Assembly: GCA_977018835.1 (NCBI GenBank)
Contig: OZ361256.1
Span: 4,464,001 to 4,528,000, forward strand
DNA from: Minutocellus sp. GHC0000111
Lineage: Eukaryota
DNA length: 64,000 bases
Direction of reading: 5' to 3'
Both the position numbers and the translations under genes were made by a program. Of this stretch, positions 11,117-23,603 are shown piece after piece. Position 1 is the stretch's first letter. Each line of letters starts with the position of its first letter. The notes beneath the pieces were generated by a model. It was not told the origin of the DNA. It searched no databases and saw only the letters and a program-made list of their open reading frames with translations.

Positions 11117-14100
11117 CTAGGCAGCAAAGAGATCGCTGCGCTGGATATCGTGCCGGGCGACGGCATCCTCCACTTTGAACTTGTACATGGTCCACTCTCC
11201 CGAGCGGATGGGGTCATTGGGTGCGGAAGTAACGCCTCCGTCCCAACCTCCAATGCGTCCGATATCGCCCATGCGAATCGTGAGGCGGTAGGTACCATCC
11301 GGATGCAACTGCGGGAAGGACGGGTCGCTGATGCTCAGATCGGCGGCGCTATCAAGCTTCCACTTAGCCTTCCTGTCCTTGTCACCCTTGACCTTGAACT
11401 CGACCTCAATTTTATCAACGGATGAGTGCTCTATGGCGTCGCTGTAGAAGATGAGGGTGATGTCCTCGTTCACATCGAATACTTTGCCATCGGTACATCC
11501 GTCGGTGGTGATGATGAGCCACTCTCCAGCGCCAGGGCCCGTCGGCAACGTACACGAAGTCGTTGGGGCAGCCGTAGTCGGCGCCTGGCTTGGCCACTTG
11601 GTCGGAGAAGGTGTCGCTACCGGAGCTGCCGTAGGGAAGCCGAAGGAGATTTCGTGGGAGCAGCAGTAGTTGGAGATTGGCTTGGTGACTTGGTCGGCGA
11701 TGCAGAGGGTGCCTTTGTGGGTGAAGGTGTTGGGCTTTCAGTCGGAGCACAGGTAGTTGGTAGGGGACTCGGGGCTTTAGTCGGTGAGGTCGAGGGTGCC
11801 TTACTAGGCGATGCCGAAGGCAATTGCGTAGTAGCACCGGTGGTAGGGAGTGGACTCGGCGCCTTCGTTGGGCTTGAAGTTGGTTCGGGTGGTGGATCAA
11901 CAATATTCAAGGGCATATTCTGAGTCTGAAGCTTTGCCCCGGAGTCCAATTCAATCTTGAGTTTCACCGTCACCGTATCCCCAACCTTGGGGACAGGTTT
12001 CAATTCATCGAGAGGGATGTGAAGCTGATAGCTATTGCCCTTGACGGCATCGGGGACAAATACCAAGACATTTTTGTTGCGCTCGCCATTCACCTTGATC
12101 TCGTACTCGGCCTTGCGAAAGTCTCTATCAAGGGGATCCACCATCCAATCTGCCCAAATATAATTGTGAAGCATCGCCCCGAGTGGAATATCACGAGTGC
12201 ATTCGTCAGAGTCACCGGCCGAGTACCCCCAACAGGAATCAGCAGCCGGATCAGGATCGACGGAAGCCCGGGATGTAATAATAAAGCCTTCGCTAGAATC
12301 CGTAAAGGCAAAGACGATCTCGACACATCCGGCCTCGCCGGTTCCAGTGTAGCCCGATGGGCAGGGAGTGCAATAATAGCTTCCAGGAGTATCAATGCAC
12401 GACGTGAGTGGATCACATCCACCATTATTGCCGCCGCTACATTCGTTGATGTTGGTGCAGGAATACCCATCGCCCGTGAAGCCAGCGTTGCAGGCGCAAG
12501 TGAAGGTACCCAGTGTGTTTTGACACGACGCATTGGTATCGCAAGTATGAGTGCCGTCCGAACATTCGTTGTTATCCGTACAGGTAACACCATTGCCGCT
12601 GTAGCCGGCGTTGCATGTACAAGTGTAACCACCAGGAGTATTTTTGCAAAAGGCATTGATATGGCAACTGTTAGTGCCCTCAGTGCACTCATTTTCGTCG
12701 GTACAGCCTGCCTCGCCTGATCCAGTATACCCAGAAGGACAGTCACCGCAGATACGGCCATTGGGAATGTTGGTACATGTCGTTAGTGAATCGCATCCTC
12801 CATTAGCGACGAGGCACTCATTGACATCGGTTGGCGGAGATGAGGGGGTGCTCGAAGGCACCGGTGTCGGCGAGGCAGAAGGCCGAAACGATGGACTTTG
12901 AGTTGGATATACGCTGGGACTTTTTGTGGGTACTGGAGTACTTGGTGCTGACGTTGGCGAGGTAGAAGGCCGGGATGATGGACGTTGGGATGGAGACGAG
13001 CTGGGAGCCTTTGTAGGTGCAGGAGGAGTAGGAGCTGACGTCGGTGAGGACGTTGGGTTCTCCGTCGGGCTTGATGTTGTCGGGTTGGGAGATGGCGCCT
13101 TGCTCGGACTTGCCGTTGGCGAAGCAGATGGGGCCTTGGTCGGGCTCGCGGTTGGCCCAAGATCGGCAAGAGAATACTCGATCTTGCCGTTCCAGATCCG
13201 AGGCGAAAATGTAGTTGTCCCGAATTCATCCGGCTTACCGATGCCTTCGTAAAATGTGATCTCGGGATGAGTGCCACTGCCTTCGTAGATAGATCCTTCG
13301 GAGCCCCCGTTAGTGTAGTCAAGCTGCTTTTCGTTGTAGACTAGAAAGGCGTGAGGCCCAGCCTCAAGAGTCAGAGGAGTGGGAAGTGTAATGGGCGTGA
13401 AAGTCCCGGTCGGATTGCACGTAAGGCTAGTCGATTCATAGAACGAAGTCCAGGCACCAGAGTTGGTTATATCTGTGTCGTGAATACCGGTTTTATGCCA
13501 GAGCCGGACGGTATTGCCACCACCTTCGGCATTAACATCGCAGTTGATATTGAACACTTTGATCTTGATCGTTGCAGACACATCAATGTTGAACATATTG
13601 GCCTTCTGACCATTGCCGGCGGCCATGGTGGTAATGAGCTCTAGTCTGCAATCTTCGCTGCAGCTGGAGGTGTTCTCGCCGGCAGAAGCCTCGCAGATGC
13701 CGTTTCCACAGCAGCCAGGTATAAGATCCGTCTGGCAGACGACGTCGCAAGTGTTGATGGTGCAGCTGTTTCCATCGTTGCAAACCGAATCCGTTTGGCA
13801 GTCGGCAACAACTGTTTGGCGATAGTTGGCCATCGTCACTCGATTGGCGTTGATTTGCTTGGCATTATCGGTTACGCCCGTATCACCACCAGAAGATCCC
13901 ATTGGCTTGCCTTCGAACAACATGTCGGGCCTGGAGAAGAAGGCCTTCCGAGTGCACCCCCCACCGGCGTTATTGTCGCATTGGCCGGACGTGCAGCTGT
14001 AGGCCAGGACAGAGCGGTACTGTGCATTGGGATCGCGATATCCATAGTTGCTGCTCGAAGTAGTGCAGGAGTTTGTTGTTCCTTTGTCGTGGTTGCAGCC

Positions 14101-15564
14101 CATGTTGTGTCCGACCCTGGTGGTACAGAGTGTTAAATTTACGAGTGTGTGAGAAAGAGAGAGAGAGATGAATGGTCAGATTAGGATCCGGAACTTTTGA
14201 AATAACCAATAGAGCAGAATCACAAAGCCGCGTGGTCATATTAAATCATAGGTATGTAGATGCCACATGCATTAGGGCCAGGTCGAGGACTTCGCCTGAC
14301 TTACTCGTGGGCAAACGATAGGTTTGGGCCAGCGCATCCCCAGGAGGTAACGGAATAAACAGAACTGGTAGATGGGCCCAACCAAGCAATGCCGCAGTAG
14401 GAACCGCCATCAACAATCATGGCGACAAAGTCAGCACCATACTCGTTCCGCACACCTTCGACCCAGGACAGCGAGCCGTCGAAACTGCTGTGCCAGGGGG
14501 AGAGGTTGTACAGGTTCTGGGAGTAATCGGAACTCTCGACGTACCCCTCGGCCCTCTGGGCGTGGACGAGACGGAGCATGGTATCGATGCCGCTGTTGTC
14601 ATACGCGAGGTTGGTCCACTCAATGGCGCCGTTGATGACATTGCGAATGGAAACCTCCTTGTCGGCGCCGCCCTGGGCATCCTCAGCTTCTGGGGTCCAA
14701 ATGACCATAATGTCAATGATCCGGCCGTCGTCGAGACGACGGTGGGTCTGCTCGTGGGTGTCAGGACCTTGGTCAACGAGGGTAGTTGCCGGAAGAAAGT
14801 TCTGAAAGAAGGTAGAATGACGAGGGATATTGCTACTGCTGGCGACGGTATGACCTCGCAGCTTCCGCCTTTCGTCACCGGAGGTGCCGGCCTCCATCTC
14901 GGAAAGAACATCCTGGTTGATTTTGCCGTCGCACGCTGCAGCAATGTCCGGTGCTTCCATCTCGGGAGGAAATTCGGACGTGTGGGTTTGAGTAACCTCC
15001 CCATCCTGATCGATGTAGTACGTGAATCCGGTCTCGGAATCTGTAGATGATAACGATAAAGAGATAGACAGATTCATGCATGTATGAGTGATATTAGATC
15101 CCAAGATTCCAGGTCATCAATGAGGTCATCCACAGCGAACAATGTGAGGCCTATGAAACGCCAAGAAATGAAATTTTGGTCTCACCGATTATGGAAGTGG
15201 CGTACTTCTTCGGTCTCCTTGGTCCACCCTTGAGCATCCGAGTCCGACGGCTGGTGGCATCATAGTCGTCGCCATCGTCCTCGTCGTCATCGTTGTCATA
15301 ACTCTCAATGACCATGATGGAAGCCCCGCCGGCCGTCTCGCAGTACTGCGGGTTGCCCTTGGTGGCCTTGCCGTGCTTGCTGTCGTGGAGGCGGCAGTTG
15401 AACTCCTTGGGATTGTCGTCAAAGGGCTTGACGTCGATGGTATGATCGCCGTGCATGGCAAACTTGGCTGCCTTGCCCTTCTTCTTGGCCTCGACGGTGG
15501 TCGGGACGAGGATGAGGAGGAGAAGGAGGGCAAGGGGGATGATGGTAGACTTCACAAAGGCCAT
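11117..15564 (-). CDS. Secreted reprolysin/M12B-like zinc metalloprotease with Ca-binding EGF repeats and P/S/T stalks (introns 15185-15041 and 14304-14117; 1-bp frameshift near 11635)
   Basis: Signal peptide and RRL pro-region site. The zinc motif HE|VGHNMGCNH is assembled across intron 2. Four D(V/I)NEC-type EGF-Ca repeats. The C-terminal frame continues in ORF 11117..11548. Confidence 0.85.
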
Positions 15565-16161
15565 GCTGAACGTTGAAGTGCGTCGTGAAAAATGGGGTGG
15601 CGTGGTATGCACTTGTGTGAAAGTTTCTTGGGGATCGGCGTGAAAGTCAAGTCGAAAGATGGCGGAGGAGAAAGTAGAGGAGATAACAAGGAGATTACAT
15701 GTGCAAAATAAATGCACCTCGGGTTATAACTTTGAGCCACTTCTCGAGAAAGCAAGCGGCATGCGGGAAAGTTCGGATTGCGATCAAAAATGACTTGTCA
15801 GTGCCAGATGTTTTGCGAGGGGTCGTGATGTGTGGCCCCTGCAGGCGTCTGATCCTCGGCAAGAAGTCAGACGGCCTCGTCGAAAAAATCCAAGAGGCCG
15901 AAGTGGCGTCAGTGAAATGACCGGGACAAAAAAGGCCTTGTTTCGATTTGATTTCCACGGGACAGTGCAATTGAATTTGTTTGGTTCAGAGGCAACGAAG
16001 GTCATCGCAGCTCAAATTGTGCAATAATGATTATTTCATTACATTGCTCTAGTAGTCTCCTCTAGCTAGGATCTAGACTCACTCTACATGACATGCATGC
16101 AACGATCCGTACTCTCACTTGCTTGGCAGTAAAAAGAATGCTACAGTTAGAGATCCAGTTG

Positions 16162-17674
16162 CTAGTAACTACCGGTACGCCCAAATGTTTGCACATCGTG
16201 TTCCCTGTCCCATTCAATGCCGACGTTTTCCAGTTCCAATCGAAAATATTCCATCGGATGTGTCTCTTTCGGCATGCACTTTTCCTCGTCGGTTACGAGC
16301 AAAGGCTGCCCAGCGAATTTTCCTTCTTCCTCGAGACGTCTCATTATGGCAACCGTCGACTCAGGGTCCTTATCCACCTCTTGACCAGTATATCCATCGG
16401 GAAGTCGGCACAAATTGAATCGATATCCATACCCTCAATCCTCCTCGCTCTGACAGACGCCTTGGATGTAGCACATCATCCTTGTAACCGATAGATCTGT
16501 CGTGTTGGCCTCTCCCCGATCATTAAAGACGGGGCTGGTATCGTACAGCTTCACCTCCACCTTCTTCCCCATGTTCTTGGCCTTGCGGATGATGGCCGAA
16601 TAGTACGGATGGCCCAGGATAAAGTCGATGCCCAGCGGCAACAGTCCACGGACGGTGGACCACATTGGCCTTGCCATGGAGTGGCCCACCCACTCCTCGG
16701 CTGGCTCGAAGGATACCTCTGGCGGCTCCTCCTCATTTGTGGCATCGCTAAAGTACAGAAAATATTTTCGATGAACATTGGGAAATCCAGGTTCCAACCC
16801 ATCCGAACGCAGCGTCACGGTCAATGTCAGCGCCGCCTCGTTGATAGATTTTTCTCCATACCGCATCCGCTCACCGCTCTGCCGGACGTCGTACTCGATG
16901 GCAATGACAAAAAGCCCGCCTTTGGACGACACCTGGGCTCTTTTGTGGACGTAATGCCGAACATTGTACGCGTTGAGCAGACAGGCTATGGTCTCCTTTT
17001 CGGTCAGATTGGGCATTTGCCCTCCATCTTTGACGTCGTTGGCCACGATCATTTCGGTTGGCGGTGGTATTTTGGGCACAAAATGACCCTCGTATTGTAT
17101 GGCTTCCTCATTGAAAGGAACAAGACGGAGAGTGAGCTGGGACAACCTCCCATCTTCGGCACTGGCTTCGCCATCCTCGTCGGGATCCATCCGTCCCAAT
17201 GAGGGGCGGCCGGCCGGGACGTCGATCCTTGTATTGGAGAATAAACTCCCCACGTTGGAAGGTAACGTCGGGCACGACATACGGAGGATGCTCATCGGGC
17301 GCCTCGTAGTGCCGCAGAGGATTGTTCGCGGCATTGGGACAGCCTCCAACGGCCGTCGTTGTCATTGCTACGCCTCCCGTCTCTGGAACTTCCCTCGCGC
17401 ATGTGCCATTCCTACTAGTAGCAGCTGATTCGGATTGAGACGCAGGTGCCGCCGATGGTGTGTCCGATAAGGTGACCCGTCCCGCCGCAAATTCCTTGCA
17501 TATGGTCTTGTGGGCCTTGAAATGCGCCCTCTGGCAGTGCGTGTCGCAGTACGCCTGCTGATTGCATCTGGTGCACCGATGAAGTTCGGCAGAGGACCTG
17601 CCGCAGTTGCCACATGCCGAGAGGTCACCAAAGATCACGGGGCCTTCCTGCTCTAAGAGGCGTCGAGATGACAT
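16162..17674 (-). pseudogene. MYND zinc-finger protein, disrupted (frameshift near 17205; in-frame TGA at 16437-16435)
   Basis: CGNC..CTRC..YCDTHCQRAHFKAHKTIC MYND finger. Downstream ORFs 17349..16435 and 16413..16162 are in the same frame and separated by a single TGA. Confidence 0.6.
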
Positions 17675-17808
17675 GTTGGAAGTAGGATCGCAGAATAAAA
17701 TGAGACCGGCTGCAGCAGCAGCGCCGGCCGCAAGCTGACTTTGGCGCTTCGATTTTTGACTCATAACCTATGGCGCCTCGCTGGGAACTGCTCGCTTACT
17801 TTGACACC

Positions 17809-18816
17809 ATGACCCCGACGAGGAACGTTCGATCATCAACCGCCAGTGGTGCGGCGGCGGCACTCTATCTTCTGTTCCTTACTAGTACATCCTTTGCTGG
17901 GGCGTTCATCCCCACCTCCCATACTGGCACGAACACCCATCGAGCTTTCAGCACATCCTCTAAGATCCAATCGACCGCCACCTCCACCTCCAGCAGCAGT
18001 AGCACCTCTGTACCATGCCTGCCTGCCTCTGCCATTCAGGATTTGTCCACCAAGGGATATGCGATAATTCCCAACTTTTTGCCCGCCGACTTGGTATCTC
18101 AGCTGAACGCCGATGTGTCGTCTCTCCGTTCTAATTCCAAGTTCAATGTTGCCAGGATCGGACAAGATGCCACCAACAAGCTCAACACGGACGTTCGGGT
18201 AGCGGAAACGTGCTTCATTGGCAGGACAAAACTTCAAGACTCTCCTGACGCTGCACGAGAGCGGTTGTATGATGCGCTGGATGGTGTGCGAGATGATCTG
18301 AGTGGTAATTCTGTACTGGATGAAACCTCGACCACTACCGGCGAGCTGATCAAGGCTGCGCCAGCTTTGGATTCGACGCTTTCCGAGCTTCTGTACGCCT
18401 ATTATCCACAGGGAGGGTTTTACAGACGCCACCGAGATGCTATCCCCGGCTCGGCGTCGGTTCTGCGTTGCTACAGTCTGCTCTTGTATTTGAATGAAAA
18501 TTGGACTCCCGAAGATGAGGGACAGCTGCGGATGCACTTTGATTCTGGTGGAGACTTTTTACCAGAGGGTGAGGAGCCAAACTACATTGATGTGGAACCC
18601 AAAGGTGGCACGTTGGTGCTGTTCAAGTCCGACCAAGTTCCACATGAGGTATTGGACACCAAGAGCCAAAGAGCGGCAGTAGTTGGGTGGTACAATCGAG
18701 CTGTCAGTGCAGCGGATATCAGTGAGCTGGCCAGCGACGAAGACAAAATGAGGGCGGGCATGCTGCTGGTTGCAGCAGGATTGGTCACCGTTGGAGTCGT
18801 TTCGTTGCTTACATGA
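17809..18816 (+). CDS. 2OG-Fe(II) oxygenase (SM-20/EGLN prolyl-hydroxylase-like), probably plastid-targeted, with a C-terminal TM anchor
   Basis: YYPQGGFYRRHRD, LLYLNENW..GQLR and LFKSD..PHEVL..R motifs; signal peptide ending AGA-FIP followed by an S/T-rich transit peptide. Confidence 0.88.
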   Translation: MTPTRNVRSSTASGAAAALYLLFLTSTSFAGAFIPTSHTGTNTHRAFSTSSKIQSTATSTSSSSSTSVPCLPASAIQDLSTKGYAIIPNFLPADLVSQLNADVSSLRSNSKFNVARIGQDATNKLNTDVRVAETCFIGRTKLQDSPDAARERLYDALDGVRDDLSGNSVLDETSTTTGELIKAAPALDSTLSELLYAYYPQGGFYRRHRDAIPGSASVLRCYSLLLYLNENWTPEDEGQLRMHFDSGGDFLPEGEEPNYIDVEPKGGTLVLFKSDQVPHEVLDTKSQRAAVVGWYNRAVSAADISELASDEDKMRAGMLLVAAGLVTVGVVSLLT

Positions 18817-19418
18817 GTAGACTTTTTAAATAGGCGGAAAAGCATAAATAAACATTCGTTTATAAAGTGTGGTATATATTTTTTATCATGCAGGCAGCAT
18901 CGGTGCGCTAGTTGGTTTCAATTTCCATTATCAGCACCAAAGTCGATTCGATTCGCAGAAACGCATCGCATTACAATCTGCCATCCACCAAAAATGAATA
19001 TATGGCAGAACCATTCCGACATTCACACCCACGATGATGACTGCATCGATTTCATCAAGAAATTTCTGGTGGGTCCTCATTCGTCGAAAGCGACCCGCTC
19101 CGTAATGAGATATGCTTTGTACTCGCAGTAGAGGGCACTCCACGAAAGGATATGATTGAGGTTAGTCAATGTCGCAAAAATCCATTACTGCACATGCAGG
19201 ATTTCTTTCTCCTTATTGGCAACCCCGCATGCTTGAGAAAACCTCAAAAACAAAGTGCTGGACCAATCTGACCAAGTGAAGGTCCATAAAAACTCTCGAC
19301 GAGCTTGAAAGCGTGTATGTGAGGGCATTCTCTGCTTGGAGCTATGTTTTCGTGCCGGAGCTCGTCGTTCCGCGGAGCTACCTTTCGTGATTCTTGGAAA
19401 GGAAACATTGAGGCCTCT

Positions 19419-19834
19419 CTAGTATCGCACAGCTTCGCATTCATCCTCCTCGAGCATGAAGTTGGCAATACCATTGGTCACGGGAAATTCTCGTCCGGTC
19501 ACTGGACAGGTCAGCATCCCTCTGACCAAGTGAACATTCATCAGCACATGGTAGAGCGCCCTCAGAAACTGAGGATCAGCCGCCAGCTCTTCTGTGAGCA
19601 TGGGCGGCAGTGTCTTGAGCCCCATGGCCGACGCACCCTGAACCAATGTTGGCCAATCCAGCACACCCAGGATGCCCTTGACGAAGGCTACCTCGCGCTG
19701 AGCATCTTCGGGTGTGCTGTTCGGTGTGTGGAATCATCGACTCGAATTTCCGTGGCGGTGATTTTCAGTGGGTGTCCCTTGCCCTTGGCCTCGGCCGTAT
19801 TGTTCCGAAGGGTGTTGTGGGTGAGGAGGCGCAT
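19419..19834 (-). CDS. TRM112: TRM112 methyltransferase activator (apparent 1-bp frameshift near 19727)
   Basis: N-terminus MRLLTHN..GHPLKI and C-terminus LDWPTL..LYHVLMNVHLVRGMLTCPVTGREFPVTNGIANFML lie in different frames. Confidence 0.9.
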
Positions 19835-20014
19835 GGTTGCTTTTGCTTGTGCATGTACCTAGGTATGATCAAGAACACATGTAATGTAAGTGCATGGAAT
19901 GACTGGCAGAGCTCGACTGGTTATGAGCCATTTGCAAATAGAAAGGGGTTATTGAAAAGGGGGTTACCGAGATCGCCTTCATTTTGAAGCAACCTCCTAT
20001 CCTCGCGTGGAACG

Positions 20015-21607
20015 ATGGGCACCCATCGGCAATTTACCGCCTTGCTACTATGCTTGGCTATCACCCCTTTGACCATCGCCAACGCATCGTCATCATCTCA
20101 AGCGGTAACTCGAACATGCTCACTTTTCTCAGCCCCCGCAAGCGATGAGCATCGGGAAGCCGTCCTCTCCGACATTCGTTCGTCACTGGACCCTGTCAAT
20201 GACGAACAACGATGTGCATCTGACTCTGATTCTACCAAGATTTCTTCTCAAACTATCAACGCAATTCAAGATTTTACCAGGGAAACGTCAAAGGACGGAA
20301 AAGCTGCACATGCGTTCTTGCGTGGTTTGGCCCAATCGCCAACTTTTCGGAATGAATACTGGCACAAACGACCGCTCCACATTCGATCGTCAGATGTTTT
20401 CAGTGGGGACGACGAAATGAACAGAAACAATGATAACTGGATAGCGGGAACGTTTACAGTCAAAGAGCACCTAACGAAAATTGATGGAAGCTACATTAAT
20501 GGACATTGCACAGCCGAAATATTGCGAAATGGAACAAAGACCGATACATGGGCCTTTCGCTCGCTCAAGGATAATCCTGCCCGTCCAACGACGTGGGCTG
20601 AGGTGGAACAGGCATTAAATGATGGGACGGTGTATTTCAACAACGCTGGAAGTTTGTGGCCCAGTTTGGGCGCTCTGTGTCGTTTGACGGGATATGCCTT
20701 TGGACTGCCGGACAACGTCAATGTGTACGTTACGCCACAAGGTTGCGCCGTCTCAGTGCCTCCGCATACCGACAAGCAGGATGTTTTATGTATTCAGACG
20801 CAGGGCGCCAAACGATGGAGGGTGTATGCCCCACCTATGAGAAAGAAGGGAGTCGATCCTATGAATAGAGGAAAGAACGGGGACGTCGTAGCTATCAACC
20901 AAGAGCTGGGAGAGCCATTGATTGATGCCGTGATACGGAAGGGCGATGTCTTGTATGTGCCGCAAGGGTTCCCGCATACCACCGATACAGTTTCTGCCAC
21001 TGGAATGGAATCGAACAACAAAAATGCCATTGATGAAATATCTGTGCATCTGACCATGGGATTAGATAGCAATGTGTGGTTCTTGACCTACGCACATTTG
21101 CGTTGGGCACTTTTGCAACGGGTAGGAAGGGAGTATCGGATGGAGATCAAATCAGATGAGTCCTACTGGAATTCTATGGAGACTATACCGATTGGATTTC
21201 TCGCAGGCGATGAGTGGGATCGCATAGTATCAAACCTGAAAGAAACTGGGACTTTGGATGAAGGATATGTCAGCAGAGTAACTCAAGCTCTCAAGGAGGT
21301 CATGGTGGAGCTCGAGCCAGAACGATGGGGTGCTGCCGAAGACTTCCCATCTGATGAGGAATTTGCAGATGTGATAACGTACGTTGTTCGAGACCATGCA
21401 CAGGCTCTGATGGACTTACAAGAAGGTATGTTTACCGATATCGATCCGCGGAGCGATGCGACCATCATGAAGGCGTATCAATGCACCCAGAAGCAAAATG
21501 CTATCATGGAGCGATTTGGCTCATTTAGTAAGAACGAGGCGATGGAGCAGAGTTTTGCCCAGACCCGAGCGCAGAGGGACATGCTAGCGAAAAATAATAA
21601 GTCATAA
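20015..21607 (+). CDS. JmjC/cupin-4 (RIOX/NO66-like) oxygenase with an N-terminal signal peptide
   Basis: FRNEYWHKRPLHI, NVYVTP..PPHTDKQDV..QTQGAKRWRVY and GDVLYVPQGFPH. Confidence 0.88.
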   Translation: MGTHRQFTALLLCLAITPLTIANASSSSQAVTRTCSLFSAPASDEHREAVLSDIRSSLDPVNDEQRCASDSDSTKISSQTINAIQDFTRETSKDGKAAHAFLRGLAQSPTFRNEYWHKRPLHIRSSDVFSGDDEMNRNNDNWIAGTFTVKEHLTKIDGSYINGHCTAEILRNGTKTDTWAFRSLKDNPARPTTWAEVEQALNDGTVYFNNAGSLWPSLGALCRLTGYAFGLPDNVNVYVTPQGCAVSVPPHTDKQDVLCIQTQGAKRWRVYAPPMRKKGVDPMNRGKNGDVVAINQELGEPLIDAVIRKGDVLYVPQGFPHTTDTVSATGMESNNKNAIDEISVHLTMGLDSNVWFLTYAHLRWALLQRVGREYRMEIKSDESYWNSMETIPIGFLAGDEWDRIVSNLKETGTLDEGYVSRVTQALKEVMVELEPERWGAAEDFPSDEEFADVITYVVRDHAQALMDLQEGMFTDIDPRSDATIMKAYQCTQKQNAIMERFGSFSKNEAMEQSFAQTRAQRDMLAKNNKS

Positions 21608-21852
21608 TTGATTGCTCGCTTACATTTACGAGTGCAAAAGTGTAACATGTATCTAAGAAAAGAGGGTTGCGAAAAATAAATGTGGATAGTCTGGACCAAT
21701 TCTTTTTCATGCAACAGTATGTCAATGCTATTCGTTGTGCACATTCATCTCATTGTAGTGTTTTAAGCCACTGATAGCCCACTCCTTCGTTTCATTTCCC
21801 ATACTTACTCCCTCTGACCTTCCTGTCGATGCAATTGCATCACGAGCCCTCG

Positions 21853-22164
21853 CTAATGCTCCGTTGGATCCTGACAAAATTCGTCTCGTTCTTTGCAGAT
21901 GGCAAAGTACCGGCTAGCTGCCTGACAAATAGCAGAATCGCCCTTGAGACCTGTAATGCCCTTGGTACATGCGGCATTCAAGGCCTCCACCTCGGCGCAG
22001 TCGGCCCAGCAGTTGCCCGATACGGTGAGTCGCTTGGCGAGCTTGGGACTGTCCTTTGCATCATCGGTCGCGCCGGCCTTTTTCAGCTGATCGCTCCATC
22101 GCTTCTTGAGGACCGCGGCCTCGGCGTTGAGTGTTTCTGTGAAGCTGGCCTCTTTCGTGGTCAT
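21853..22164 (-). CDS. Small twin-Cx9C (CHCH-like) protein
   Basis: 103 aa from ATG 22164, containing C-AEVEALNAA-C and C-QAASRYFAI-C. Confidence 0.6.
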   Translation of the reverse strand: MTTKEASFTETLNAEAAVLKKRWSDQLKKAGATDDAKDSPKLAKRLTVSGNCWADCAEVEALNAACTKGITGLKGDSAICQAASRYFAICKERDEFCQDPTEH

Positions 22165-22622
22165 TGTTTCGGATATTGTTTGGTATTTGATCTTGCGATT
22201 GATTGGATTTATGAGCTGATTGATGAGCCAGTGGATGATGGGCTTCTGTTTTCTTGGCCGGGAGATCTTTTCGCGTGTCAGGAGAAAATCCGCACCCCTG
22301 CTTATCTCCCGAGGTATCTTTTCCTTTTCTTGAGTCCCGGAAGCAAACGGGAGTGGTACCGACCGAAAAGCGAGCAAGGCAAGAGGCAAGACCGACGCTC
22401 GACGCTACATGTACGCAAGCGCAGAACTTGCTCGGTCGGTCCAAGAGCAAGACCACGGCTCAACGCTGAACGACAAACCAGGGCAAGAATCCGAGAGAGA
22501 TCCACGTAAAGCTCCGTGCGTCACTTCCGCATTTGTACTTTTTTATCCGATAACAAACTCCTTCCGAGAAACGGCGGCCGAACGCGAGAACATAAACCTC
22601 CCACAACTCCGATCCAAGCACG

Positions 22623-23396
22623 ATGGGAAACAAGGTATCGCTCGAGAATGAGCTGGTCAACCTGCGCATAACGTCAAAGCAGATGCAGAGGTCGGCCAAG
22701 AAGTGCGAAAAGAACGAGAAGGCCGCCATCGAGAAGCTCAAGAAGGTACGTTATATAATTCCCTAAGCACAAATAAATGTGTGTGTTCTCTGAATGATTC
22801 GCTGAATCCACAATCCATTCCACGGGTTTCTCATTAGCATTCGGCACGTTTCGCTAACCCACTACTTCTATCCTCATCACCCTCCCCCACACAAATCCAA
22901 TCCGCAGGCCATCAAGGAGGGAAACTCGGACGGTGCCAGGATCTACGGCCAGGACGCCATACGAGAAAAGAACCAGGCCCTCAATTACATGAAGATGGCC
23001 AGCAGGGTCGACGCGGTGGCCTCCCGGATAGAAACAGCCGTCCGGATGGGGGAGGTCACCAAGAGCATGCAGGGCGTTACCAAGGGGATGTCGGTGGGGC
23101 TGCAGTCCATGGACATTGACAAATTGTCCAAGACGATGGACAAGTTCGAGAGGCAGTTCGAGGATCTGGACGTCAAGGCGCAGTACATGGACGGGGCGAT
23201 GAATGCCACCACGGCCACGGCGACGCCGGCCGAGCAGGTGGACGATTTGATCTCCATGGTGGCCGACGAGAACAACCTGGAGCTCGGCGATGCCTTCCAG
23301 GAGGCCGGGTTGGTGTCCAAGAAGCAGCCCGAGGTGGAGCAGCCGGCGGCGGTCACCGACGACCTCGAGGCTCGGTTGGCCAACCTTCGGAGCTAA
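22623..23396 (+). CDS. CHMP1: ESCRT-III subunit CHMP1/VPS46 (intron 22746-22907)
   Basis: LRITSKQMQRSAKKCEK..KLKK|AIKEGNSDGARIYGQDAIR..MASRVDAVASR and C-terminal DDLEARLANLR. Confidence 0.95.
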
Positions 23397-23603
23397 AATT
23401 TTTTGTGAACGTGTGGAGGGGTACGAGATGTTTTTTGTTTGGGATTTGTGCGGATTGTATTTCCAATCTTCGCATCAACTGATTCCACACGCAGTACTTT
23501 GGTGCAGCAATTATGATAGAGCTTTCATTAGACAGTGCATTTGAGTTTCTTGTCATGTATATTTATTTTATCCCCACTTATACAATGAACTATCGGCTTC
23601 ATT

